DNA of 55,472 nt, the filler included, from Jimgerdemannia flammicorona (lineage: Eukaryota), in the NCBI GenBank assembly GCA_003990765.1. It is 3 parts of 3 records of this genome, joined end to end, with 100 filler letters (N's around TTAATTAATTAA, not from the genome) between each part and the next. Parts side by side here need not be neighbours in the genome. Positions count along the whole stretch, not along the records: positions 1 to 18,430 come from RBNJ01002212.1; 2 more parts are not named here. One strand, 5' to 3'. Each line of letters begins with the position of its first letter. Positions within the stretch are counted from its first letter, which is position 1. Both the position numbers and the translations under genes were made by a program. Of the stretch, positions 1 to 9,958 are shown in pieces. The notes under the pieces are model-generated. The model was not told the DNA's origin and ran no database searches. It saw only the letters and a program-made list of their open reading frames with translations.

Positions 1-124
1 TTCTCGTGCTCGTTGGTGATAACGAACTGGTGGAGATATCTGATATATCCTCCGATATATCCTCCGATATATCATCCGACGGTTCCGAGATTTCTCCTAA
101 ATGTACTTCTTGATCTTTAGACAT
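1..124 (-). CDS. hAT transposase N-terminus (partial)
   Basis: ATG at 124 gives MSKDQEVHLGEISEPSDDISEDISEDISDISTSSLSPTSTR. The homologous frame in copy 2 continues to SWVWNH (BED finger). Confidence 0.65.
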   Translation of the reverse strand, partial: MSKDQEVHLGEISEPSDDISEDISEDISDISTSSLSPTSTR

Positions 125-454
125 TTCGAATGTTTGATGATGGCAGAGACTGGGAGCTTGAGTGGGAGGCCGAGAGCTGGAAAGTGGCTAGGAAGTGGTG
201 AGCTAGGGAGTGGCAAACTGGGAAACAAGCTGGGGGGGCAGTGAACTAGGGGGCAGGGAGTTGTGGGGAGGCAGCGAGCAGCGAGCGGCAGGAAAAGCCA
301 GGAACTGTGGGGGGCAGCAAGAGGGAGAGCAGCGAGGTGGCGTGCGATAGCCAATAATCGATTGTGGACAGAGGATGGATGAATAAATACATATGGGTGG
401 TGAACTGGTACTCATCACGCAACTGCAAACAGCAAACAGCAAACATACTTTGGA

Positions 455-843
455 GATTCAGCGTATTCTGCATTGAGCAAGGTTTGTAACAACGTTTGAG
501 CAAGGTTTGTGGTGCGTTTGAGTGAGATTTGCAGCGAGGTTCGAGCAAGATTTGCAAGCGAGATTTGCAAGCGAGATTTGCACGTAAGATTAAAGCGAGA
601 TTTGCATAAGCCAGGCTTTGCAAGCCTTGTGCTTGCAAGCCTGGACAAGCTCAGTCACAAGCTGATATGACGTGTATATAAGCTGATATCACATGATATC
701 AGCTATCGGCTGAGCTTGTAAGTGTAAGGCTTGCAAATCTTGCTCGAACCTCGCTGCAAATCTCGCTCAAATGTACCACAAACCTCGCTCAAACGTCGTT
801 GCAAACCTTGCTCAATCGGGGCTTACGCAGAACCCGCTGAATC
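455..843. repeat. Palindrome 1 inside hAT element
   Basis: About 472-559 is the imperfect reverse complement of about 729-816. Centre AGCTGATATCACATGATATCAGCT near 681-704. Confidence 0.9.
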
Positions 844-850
844 ACGCAGA

Positions 851-1066
851 GAGGAGTGGAACACAGTGAGAAAAGCTCCAGATTGCAAGCGTAAGTGTAA
901 GCATAAGCATAAGCATAAGCTTTGCTCCGCTCAGTCTGACAAGCTGATAATAAGCTGATATCATGTGATATCAGCTATCAGCTGAGCAGAGCAAAGCTTG
1001 CGCTTGTGCTTACGCTTACACTTATGCTTGCAATCCAGAGCTTTCCTCACTGCATTCCACTCCTCT
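851..1066. repeat. Palindrome 2 inside hAT element
   Basis: GAGGAGTGGAA...GCTTTGCTC arm mirrored by GAGCAAAGC...TTCCACTCCTC. Centre AGCTGATATCATGTGATATCAGCT near 953-976. Confidence 0.9.
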
Positions 1067-1520
1067 TGCGTTCCACTCCTCTTGCGTTCCACTCCTCTTG
1101 CGTTCCACTCCTCTTGCGTTCCACTCCTCTTGCACAACCCTCACGTATTCCTCCACCTCTCTCACCCTCATTCCTCAGATTACAAACAACATGCAATTTA
1201 GAAATGGGTTTCAAAAGAGATTTCGAAGAGATTCCGAAAGAGATTTCGAAGAGATTCCGAAAGAGATTTCGAAGAGATTCGGAAAGAGCTTCTGAAAGAG
1301 ATTTCGGAGAGATTCCGAAAGAGCTTCTGAAAGATATTATAGCTTTTGAACATTTAAGATATCGAAAGCTTACTTTCGCCTCTTGTTCTTTTCGTCTCGT
1401 CCTTCGCTTCGCCTCATCCTTCGCTTCGCCTTGTCCTTCGCTTCGCCTCGTCCTTCGCTTCGCCTCATCCTTCGCTTCGCCTCGTCCTTCGCTTTGCCTC
1501 ATCCTTCGCTTTGCCTCACT
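1055..1520. repeat. Short tandem repeat tracts (TTCCACTCCTCTTGCG; GAGATTTCGAAGAGATTCCGAAA; CTTCGCTTCGCCTCGTC)
   Basis: Directly visible tandem units, with fewer units in copy 2 (about 20310-20640). Confidence 0.85.
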
Positions 1521-1532
1521 TAATTCACCACT

Positions 1533-2804
1533 ATGTTGAGAAAACGTGGATATGAGTGCCCGGCCAATAAGTATTTACTTGGCCCCCCCCAAGCTCAACG
1601 CACTTCAGCTCGCCGTCCCAAAGCTCGGCGCCCTAAAGATGCCCAGCTTGCCGACACCCAGCCTGCTGAGCTTACCGACACCCAGCCTGCCGAGCTTGCC
1701 GACACCCAGGTTGCCAAGCTCACCGACTCCCAGCTCGCTGACCCTCAGCTCCCCAATCTCCAGCTTGACCGCCAGCTCACCGCCAGTCCGCAAGCATAAG
1801 GTCCCCCACCAGATCTCAATAACGCAGCTCAAAAAAGTTAGTTTTTTTTTTTTTTTCTTTTTAAATCAATGTCTGAATTTTTTTTCTAATAACATTCGAA
1901 ATATACATATCCTCCAGCTTCTAAGCCTGGGCTGGAGCGCAAATCTTGCTACAATTGCCATTTTTGCCATCAAGTTTGCCCAAACACCACCTGGAAGCAT
2001 TGCCAAATCAATTTCCCGGATGCCCCAAATCTCACAGAGAAAAGGCCTTACAAATCGGACATTAGGCATGCTTTCGCTGCGGCCAACAAATGCATTAAGA
2101 AAGTACATAACGACCAACTGAGGCAAGAAGTCATAAGAGCGATAGAAAACCATACGAAAATCATGGAATGTTTGTCATACCACACCGGCTTCAAGGTGAA
2201 TGCCAAAGCGTGGAACAAGCAAGGTTGTCCAGATGGAATTGTCGTCATGGATGAACACGAAAAACTGCTGGCCATATTTGAACGAGTACCGGTGAAGAAC
2301 GACAAAATGCTTTATACGTGACTGATGGATAGCAGGCTTGTGCATTTTGTTGAGGGGGGTGGTAGTAGAGGAGATGGAGAGGTGGGAGAGGTCGGTGCCA
2401 GTGGAGGAGTCGGCGCTGGTGGAGAGGTCGGTGGAGAGGTTGGCGCGGGGGTGGTCGGCATGGGGGAGGTCGGCGCAGAGGAGGTCGGTGCGGAGGAACA
2501 TGGGGAGGTCGGCGTGGGGGAGGTCGGCGCAGAGGAACATGGGGAGGTTGGCACGGAGGAACACAGGGAGGTTGGTGTGGAGGAACATGGGGAGGTCAGC
2601 GCGGAGGAACATGGGGAGGTCGGCATGGAGGAATACGGGGAGGTCAGCGCGGAGGACGAAATGGAGGTTGGTGCAGAGGAGGTCGGCCCAGAGGAGGATA
2701 TGGAGGAGGAGGATATAGAGGAAAGCGGTTCGGAATATATGGAGGAAGATGGTTCGGAATATGAGAAGGAGGAGGATCAGTTGGTTTATAGTGATGAAGA
2801 GTAA
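1533..2804 (+). pseudogene. Spliced second gene of the hAT element: repeat-rich N-terminus, C-x2-C-x6-C motif, acidic Glu/Gly-rich tail (exons 1533-1836, 1918-2804)
   Basis: Intron GTTAGT(1837)...CTAAT...CCAG(1917) joins the 1533 and 2325 ORFs in one frame. Stop TAA at 1797 reads CAA in copy 2. Stop TGA at 2319 is consistent with decayed CGA. Confidence 0.65.
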
Positions 2805-2959
2805 GATCTGTTCACACCGGTAAGTTCTTTATTTTTCTGATTTACTTCCTATTTATTTCCGATTTCATTTTGATTTCTGATTCCTAATTATGTTTCTGTT
2901 TGTTTATTCTAAATATATCTTAGATGTGCAATATTTTTTTTTTGGTGCCTTGTAGCTTA

Positions 2960-3320
2960 AAGACGGATTAAAGACAGGTCTGTGTTGGGTTAAATATGGG
3001 TCAGGGTTGGGTCACATATATTTCTTGGGTCGGGTCACGTATATTTCTCGGATTGGGTTAAAGACGGGTTACGTATAATTCTGGGTCAGGTTAAAGACGG
3101 GTGACGTACGTTTCCAGGTCGGGTTAAAGATGGGTGACGTATAATTCCGGGTCGGGTTAAAGATGGGTGACATATTATTCCGGGTTGGGTTAAAGATGGG
3201 TGACGTATTATTCCGGGTCGGGTTAAAGATGAGTGACGTATAATTCCGGGTCGGGTTAAAGACGGGTGACGTATAATTCCGGGTCAGGTTAAATATGTAC
3301 ATGGGTCGGCTCGGGTTGCG
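2960..3320. repeat. hAT subterminal 33-bp tandem repeats
   Basis: Unit GGGTCGGGTTAAAGA(C/T)GGGTGACGTATAATTCC, also at about 22190-22570 and 38230-38560. Confidence 0.9.
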
Positions 3321-3519
3321 ATGCACTAGACCAGTAGTAGTCTCATTGGATATTCTTAATAGTCTTCTCAGTTTCAAGGTGACCAGCTAGTGGAGAGTCA
3401 AGATGTTCATGAAGAATCTTATACTGTAGTTCAGGATTGGCAGAAATATATACTTTGTCTTGATAGTATACAAGGTTGTCCTTAATGGTGTACTATTTCT
3501 TGAATTCCTTAGTATTCTT

Positions 3520-4130
3520 TTATAGAACCAGAGAGTCTTGTTTGTATACCTTCTTGATCTGATTGAGGAATTCAGGTACCATGATGACTTGTAAAATTGC
3601 AGTAAGGTCAGGTCTCCTTGAAAGTACATCTGGTATAATTAGAGTTTTACCAGGCTTATAGGTGATGTTTAGGGTAAAGGTCTGAAGTAGTTGACTCCAC
3701 TTGGCTTGTTGGCAAGAAAGGGTTGGTTGAGTATTGATGTACTGAAGGAACCTGTGATTAGTGATCACATTAAACTCAACTCCTTCTAGATAGTATTGCC
3801 AAGTCTTGAGGGCATGCATGATTGCCAGGAGTTCCTTTTCATGAGTAGCCAGCTTTTATTCTACTGGGGACAATTTTCTTGACTCAAAGGCAATAGGTCA
3901 GTATTCTTGACCATCATCTTGAGAAATGACTGTACCAATAGCAAAGATAGATGTATCTGTAGTGACCATGAACTTCAAGTTTGGGTCCATATTTCTAAGA
4001 ACAGGTGCATGGGTCAGGCAGTTCTTGAGATCTTGAAAAGCTTGTTGACAGAAAGCATCCCAGATGTAGGGGACATAGAGGTCAGAGTTGGGTTTCTTTT
4101 GCAGGAGGTTTGTCAAAGATTCTGCAATAT
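3520..4130 (-). pseudogene. Gypsy A RNase H
   Basis: ORFs 3898-4116 (VTTDTSIFAIGTV) and 3520-3819 (ITNHRFL...YKPGK...DVLSR). Confidence 0.88.
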
Positions 4131-4960
4131 TAGAGAAGTTCTTGACAAATCAACAGTAGTATCTAGCCAGACCAAGGAAGGACCTGAGTTCAGTGAGGTT
4201 TGCTGATACAGGCCACTGTTAAATGGCTTGTATTTTCCTTGGGTCTACTTGAATTCCTTTGGCTAATACATACAATGTATCTAAGGTATTCGACTTAATC
4301 CTTGAAAAATTCACATTTCTTGAGCTTTGCATAGAGCTTGTTCTTATGGAGGATCTTGAGGACTTATTCAGTACCACTGAAGATCAGGATGTCATCAATG
4401 TATACAAGTACAAAGATATAGAGCTGATCCTTGAAGATGGTTTGCATAAGATCTTGAAAGATTGCTGACATATTGGTGAGACCAAAGACCATAACTAGAA
4501 ATTCATAGAGTCTGAAAGGTGTCATAAAGGCAGTCTTGGGTATGTTTTCTGGCTTAATTTGAATTTGGTAATACCCAGAGGTGAGATCAATCTTGGTGAA
4601 GTACTTTGTATTTTTGAGAGCATCAAAGATTTGATCTATAAGCAGTAGTAGATAATAGTTCTTGACTGTGATCTTGTTGAGTGCTTGGTAGTCTATGCAC
4701 ATTCACAGAGTATCATCCTTTTTCTTGACAAATAGGACTGAGGAGCCAAAGGGTGACTTGCTTGGCTGAATAGCTCCTTGCTCAATGAGTTCATTGAGTT
4801 CCTTCTTAACTATTTCAATTTCAAGTAGGGATATATGGTATATTTTCTTCTTAGGTATAGCTGCATCAGGTACCAACTTGATTTCATAGTCATGGTCTCT
4901 TGAAGGTGATAGATCAGGTAGTTTGTCTAGAAAGATATCCTTGTATTTGTTTAGTAGTAA
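4130..4960 (-). pseudogene. Gypsy A reverse transcriptase
   Basis: CIDYQALNK, KIDLTSGYYQI, KTAF, FGLTN, YIDDILIFS in ORF 4364-4702 and flanks. Confidence 0.92.
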
Positions 4961-5179
4961 TTTGATGCTTTCACTAATTGATAGCTTCTTGTCTTCTTTC
5001 TTCAGTTGGATCAGTGTTACAAAGGTATAGGTAGCTTTCTTGAGGGCCTTCTTGAACTAAATTGCCAAAAGGGTAGCAATTGGAGTTCTTGTCTGAGTCT
5101 TGTCTGGCTTGATGATAATGTTGGTTCCATCCTGAATCAAGGTGACTTTATTCTTGGTCCAATCAATCTAAGGGTTGTG

Positions 5180-5467
5180 TCATATAAGCCAGGGTTTGCC
5201 TAGGATCAGGTCATGGTCTCTTAGTAGTACTATCTCAAAATCTAAATATTCCCAGTACTTCTGGATCTTGAGAGGGAGTTTAGCAGCAATTGAGTCAATT
5301 GGTAAAGTAGTGCCATCTGTAGTGACAACTCTATCATTCTTGCTAGCTGGTTTGGTGAGAATCTTGAGCTTATTAATGAGGTTCTTGTTGATGAAGTTTC
5401 CAACAGCTCCACTGTTTATGAGAACATCTAGCTCTTGTCCCTTGACTAGACCTTTGAAAATGAGCAT
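5180..5467 (-). pseudogene. Gypsy A aspartic protease
   Basis: VLINSGA (decayed DSGA) and DLILGKPWL. Confidence 0.85.
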
Positions 5468-5559
5468 TGAATTGACTCAGTTCTTGGCTATGCTTGCAAC
5501 TTTATCAGTGCTGCCAAAGCCTTTCTGATCTTACTTAGTTGAAGACAGCTTGGTGACTT

Positions 5560-5900
5560 CTTTGATGACTGGTAGGGTGGCTTGCTCCAGGATGAGCTGC
5601 ACAATTCTGTCACCTTTATTGACAGTATATGGTTGGTTCTTGTAGTTGACTAGCAGGACTTGCATTTTACCTCAGAAGTCAGAGTCAATGACTCCAGCAC
5701 TAATATCTAATAAGTGCTTGAAACTGAGGCCAGATCTTAGTACAATCCTTACATAATGTTCCCTGGGGATTTCAACTGAAAGGCCAGTTGGAATGAGCCT
5801 TCTTTCATGTACCAGAATAGTGACTTGTTGTACTGCTTGAAGGTCCAAACCAATGGCTCCTTCTGACTGTTCTGGGTCTTGGGAGTTGACTTGTATGAAA
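5560..5900 (-). pseudogene. dUTPase domain between Gag and protease
   Basis: GAIGLDL, IPTGL, RSGL, GVIDSDF, followed by GDRIVQLI. Confidence 0.88.
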
Positions 5901-5979
5901 TTGAGTACAACTTTTTGTTCAACTAGTTGAACTTGAGTATCTTTGGACAGGACCAGAATCCTCTTTGGTTTGGCAGTTT

Positions 5980-6933
5980 TCTTAGGACATTTGGTTGCAA
6001 TGTGACCAGGCTGATGGCAAAAGAAGCAGGCTCCAGCCTTCTTGAGATGCTCCTTTTCCTCAGGTGTAAGCTTATCTTTCTTGCTCTTATTGATGGTATC
6101 TAGGTCCATGAGAGCAGATCCAATAGTTCTGACTTTGGATTCCTCTCTTTTGTAGTTGTTGTTGAAGGGAGTCTCTTCTGTTCAAAGTAGTGACCATAGG
6201 TGATGATATCAAACCTATCAGCAATCTTCATTACTGTATCTAGGTTCTTGGATTCTTCTAGTTCAATATGAACTCGGGTTTGACCTTTCAGGCCTTGGAT
6301 GTACTTGTCAACCTTCTTGTCTTCAGTGACATGTGATAATTCTAACAGGATTGACAGGAATTATATATTGTATACTTGCACAGACTTGAGTTGTTTGACA
6401 TTTGCCAGATAGTCTCACACAGCCTTAGTGCTGTTGACTGGTTTGAATTGACCTTGAATGGCATCAGAGAATTCATTCCAGGTTCTGATCTGGTCAGCAA
6501 ATCTGGTATTCTGGACATAGTTTTACCACCAGATTGCAGCATTCCCTTGGAGGAGTGTGGCAGCGAATTGGACTAGTGTTGCTTCTTCCAAATTGGTCAG
6601 TTCTCCATATTGCTCCAATTGGAAAAGCCAGGCATCAGTAGACAGTCCTCCTCTTTGACTATCAAAAGTGTCAGGCTTCTGAGGCTTAATGGTAACTGCT
6701 GTTAGATATATTGATGTCAGTGGAGGTACAGAGGTATGAGCAGGGGCCTTGCTTTTCTTTCTTTCTATACATTTTTGAAGTTGAGCAATCTGAGCTAATG
6801 TAGTCTACAAAAGACTCTCAATGGCCCTGGTTGACTGAGTAGGGTTTTTCTGTTCCTCTTCTTCTTGCCAATTATAAGAGACATTGCCTGGGCCATAGGT
6901 ACTATATGAAGGGTTCTACTTATTGTCCTCCAT
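5980..6933 (-). pseudogene. Gypsy A gag with CCHC zinc knuckle
   Basis: KPDTF, YIQGLK, MDLD and CFFCHQPGHIATKC read on the minus strand with internal stops. Confidence 0.8.
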
Positions 6934-7001
6934 AGTATTGTGACTGATATCTTGAGAGGTGTCTTGATAAGACTAGGTGTAACTTAACCACTGCTACCAA
7001 G

Positions 7002-7395
7002 TGTAATGATTCTAGTTTCTAAATGAGGAAGCAACTAATTCTAGTAGTTCTAAGTAGCTTAAAGAGATACTTAAAGGTTCAAGTATTCTTGAAGGATTTC
7101 TGAGAGAAAATATTCTGAGCTTTATTTATAAGAACAAAGGGGATATTTATATAAGATCTGAAAGAAGAATCTGGAAGGATCTGAGAAATCAAAGGAAAAA
7201 AAAGTTCTTGACAAAGATGACAAATGATGACAAATAAAGTTCTACAAGTTTTCAAGACATTCAGTGACTAGCTAAATAAGTACTAGTGGATGCTTAGCAT
7301 TAAGAAAGAATTTCTAAGTGTTTGGAAAGTACTGGAAGGTTGTAGAATATTGAAGAAAGATAAAGAAAAGAAATAAACTATGCTAAAATATTACA
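7002..7395 (-). repeat. Gypsy A 5' LTR with adjacent PBS (about 6987-6999)
   Basis: TGTAAT...ATTACA termini. The minus strand continues TGGTAGCAGTGG, resembling an initiator tRNA-Met PBS. Confidence 0.8.
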
Positions 7396-7871
7396 AACTA
7401 AGATAGTAATAGTTGCTGCCATTATGGCTACCTGAGCTATAAGGTCTAGAATCTGTTAGTTTGCTATGTTGTTTATTAGAGGTGATTTAACTACTGATAG
7501 TAGTATTACTGATACTACTTAAGATACTGGTGTAGAGTGTAATAGTGTTCTTTAAGTCTATTGTCATGTAGTGGTCGCTGAGTCCTTCAAATATACCAGA
7601 TTCTCTTCAAGGTGTATCTCTTAGACTAACTCAAGTTGTTATAAGCAAGTTCTTATTGGAGTGCCTTCCCAAGGTCTTATAGTCCTCAAACTTCTTATCT
7701 TTTAACTGTCTTGTTATCTTTTAGATTGCTTGTAAGGAAGTGTGTATATTGCACTGAGAAGACTGACTTTATTTCAGAGGAAATAAGAGAGGTATTTATA
7801 CAAAATATAATTCAATGGCTGCTAAGATATAAAGCTAAATATAAATTCCAATAACTAAAACTACTAAGTTT

Positions 7872-8037
7872 CAGGGCTGGCATTATTTAGTGTCACATCA
7901 AAATACCAGTGCTGGAACAATTTCACGTCACCTCAGAATGCCAGTGCTGGCATTATCCAGTATTACATGAGAATACCAGTGCTGGTATTATCCAGTATTA
8001 CATGAGAATACCGGTGCTGGCATTATCTAGTGTAACA
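7872..8037. repeat. 35-bp tandem repeat in LTR-C between ORF and TATA box
   Basis: About 5 units of CCAGTGCTGGCATTATCCAGTATTACATGAGAATA. Confidence 0.85.
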
Positions 8038-8043
8038 AAGAAC

Positions 8044-8847
8044 TTAGAGCAGAAAGTTCAGGATTATGGGGGCTTCATCATCATCATTACTGAAGGAGAT
8101 AAGATCCATGAATTCATCATTTTCACATACTTCGATATCATATGGGATGATATCATCAATGACATCATCATGTTTGGCTATGGCAGGGAAATCGGGGACA
8201 AGGTCTGGAGCTCTCCAGTCTATGAGGTTCTCTTCCACAAAATAAGGAACAAATGTGGGGTCTTGGGGAGATCTAATCCAGATGCTTGGGCCTTGGAATA
8301 CTGAGATCAATCCTTGCAGGAATTGATCTGGGTTGTCCTGAAGGATAGGATGCCAGAAGTCTTCTACTTCTTCGCTGTTGAGGGTGATAGTGGACTGGAC
8401 TTCTGTAGCCACCCTGGCTTCTAGTGTATTGATACGGTGGGATGATAGGTCTCTGAAATCTGAGACTTTAACATACTCCAAGTTGGGGATTGACCATGGT
8501 GCATGCCTGAAGATCTGATGGATCTTCTTAGCTGTTCTTGTTTTGTGTATATCCATGGGAGTGACATCTTGTAGCTCTTGGGTGCTAGTCTGTAAGAACT
8601 CCTGGCAGAGGAGGTTTCCTATTTCGTACTCCTGCCACATTTGGAGGCATTTGGTAGCAATGGTGATCCTTGTTTCCATTTCATAGCAGTAGAGAATAAA
8701 GTGATAAGAGTCTGCAGTACCTAGGTTAATGCTAGGAGTCCTTCTTGAGCAGGTCCTCATGGCTCTTCTGATGTCTTGGAACATCCTTTCCTTAACCAAG
8801 ATACCTTGGTGATTCCTTGACCTTAAGTTTTGGCAGGCAGCAGGCAT
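8044..8847 (-). CDS. LTR-encoded protein of unknown function, 267 aa, open frame
   Basis: Uninterrupted, non-repetitive ORF that aligns by eye to the LTR-B ORF (22994-24091). Confidence 0.75.
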   Translation of the reverse strand: MPAACQNLRSRNHQGILVKERMFQDIRRAMRTCSRRTPSINLGTADSYHFILYCYEMETRITIATKCLQMWQEYEIGNLLCQEFLQTSTQELQDVTPMDIHKTRTAKKIHQIFRHAPWSIPNLEYVKVSDFRDLSSHRINTLEARVATEVQSTITLNSEEVEDFWHPILQDNPDQFLQGLISVFQGPSIWIRSPQDPTFVPYFVEENLIDWRAPDLVPDFPAIAKHDDVIDDIIPYDIEVCENDEFMDLISFSNDDDEAPIILNFLL

Positions 8848-9096
8848 TTTGTTTGTAGTAAGTCTTTGAGCTATTTTGGGATTAGTGGTTCTTGTTGGTT
8901 GCTGCTACTGCAGTTCCTTGATCCTTCTTTTATATTCTTCAGGATGCTCATGCTGTGGTCACAATGACTCACAGTTGGTCATCATTGCTTATCTCATATG
9001 CCATATGACCTTCTTGTGCTCTGATCTGGTGGCTTATAAGGAAAGACTGTCTCCTGTGCTGATGTCATCATTCTGGGGTCACTGTTACACTGTATA

Positions 9097-9958
9097 AGTT
9101 GCTGGAGTAATAGTTGTGAGTCTGGAGTAAGGGCTTGATAGATAGCTATCTATTGCTATATAGGTATATTTTGTCCTAATAGAGGTGTATCTTCTTCAGT
9201 AGTATCTCTGAGATTGAATTTACTGAGATACTCCTCCTCCTCTTGGCTTTGACTCCATGTAGTTGGGTTTTCTCAGCATCAAAGTAGATAGAATCAGTTA
9301 TATATCAGATTTTGGATGGGCTTAATTCAAAGTCTAGTCTGGTTCAGTATTAGTCTCAGTTTCCAGTAGAGTTATAGCTGGGCCTGCTTCTGGTTCAGAG
9401 TCAGATTATTCATAAAGAGTTTCTCTTACTTCTTCTTTAAGAATATAGCAGGCCTTATAATTCTGGAAGTGATAGTATAAGGCAGTCTTGGTCTTGGTAT
9501 GGTGAAAGTTAGTAGAGTTAAGCCACTTAGCTATAGAGGCTTGGGCTTTATAAGAAACTAAGGTCAAAAAGATAGCTGCTGGTTGTCCTAGGTTGCTCAG
9601 GTTTGTAAAGCTGACAAAACTCTTATTAAGAAGAGTAAAAATGGCTTCTATAAGACCTTCTTCATCTTGACTTGTGAGTGTAGAGCACGGAGTTTAATAA
9701 ATAGAGTTTCACTTATCTGCTGATTTAATTGGAGTACTTCTTTTTGTTAATAAAGTCTGTTCTACTTATTGTAGGTATAGAGGTCAAATTGTCCTTATAC
9801 ATCAGGTTCAATTCTCTTCAGATTGTCAGATGGTTCAGAATAAATTCCAGTTCAGAGATTGGGCTTTATACTAACTTATAGAAATTCTCATAGAGGTTTG
9901 TAGCAGGGTGAGGAAGTATCTTGAAGTAGAATTAGATTGTAAACTACTGCTATCAAGT
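9097..9958 (-). mobile_element. 5' internal region of LTR-B element with PBS
   Basis: TTGATAGCAGTAG PBS-like motif at about 9945-9956. About 9530-9958 is the reverse complement of 48915-49089 plus 54858-55160. Confidence 0.7.

Larger units (their letters stand above)
1..3328 (-). mobile_element. hAT DNA transposon, 5' part (copy 1; continues beyond the window start)
   Basis: Collinear with 19203-22576, which leads into a BED finger. Ends in ...CGGGTTGCGATGCACTA, matching the terminus ...CGGGTTTGCAGAGCACTA and the subterminal repeats next to the hAT transposase at 37053-38569. Confidence 0.8.
3329..7395 (-). mobile_element. Ty3/Gypsy retrotransposon family A (LTR-gag-dUTPase-PR-RT-RH), degenerate, interrupted before integrase by the hAT
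   Basis: Zinc knuckle CFFCHQPGHIATKC, dUTPase motifs, protease LINSGA, RT YIDDILIF, RNase H TDTS and DVLSR. LTR and PBS at the right end. Confidence 0.93.
7538..9089 (-). mobile_element. Long solo-LTR-like unit (family C) containing an ORF
   Basis: Terminal inverted match TGTAA(T/C)AGTG, minus-strand TATA GTATAAATACCTCTC at about 7787-7801, same layout as LTR-B. No target duplication found. Confidence 0.6.

Noticed and set aside
97..1539. Overlapping ORFs in the track (e.g. 246-638, 1006-1539, 1047-1502)
   Set aside because: By-products of palindromes and tandem repeats, with lengths not conserved in copy 2.
2175..2626. Minus-strand Pro/Ser-rich ORFs (also 21365-21891)
   Set aside because: Antisense shadows of the acidic repeat in the plus-strand gene.
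2960..3320. 33-bp periodic array as CRISPR
   Set aside because: Head-to-tail units without unique spacers, in a eukaryotic context at hAT termini.
3322..3329. CTAG ends (also 38567-38570) as Helitron 3' termini
   Set aside because: Copy 2 ends GCACTAA, and the termini flank BED and hAT dimerization domains as inverted repeats.
8031..9089. TGTAACA...TGTTACA as a 1.06-kb LTR
   Set aside because: The 8031 TGTAACA is a variant of the tandem-repeat unit. The TATA box and a longer terminal match lie further left (7538).
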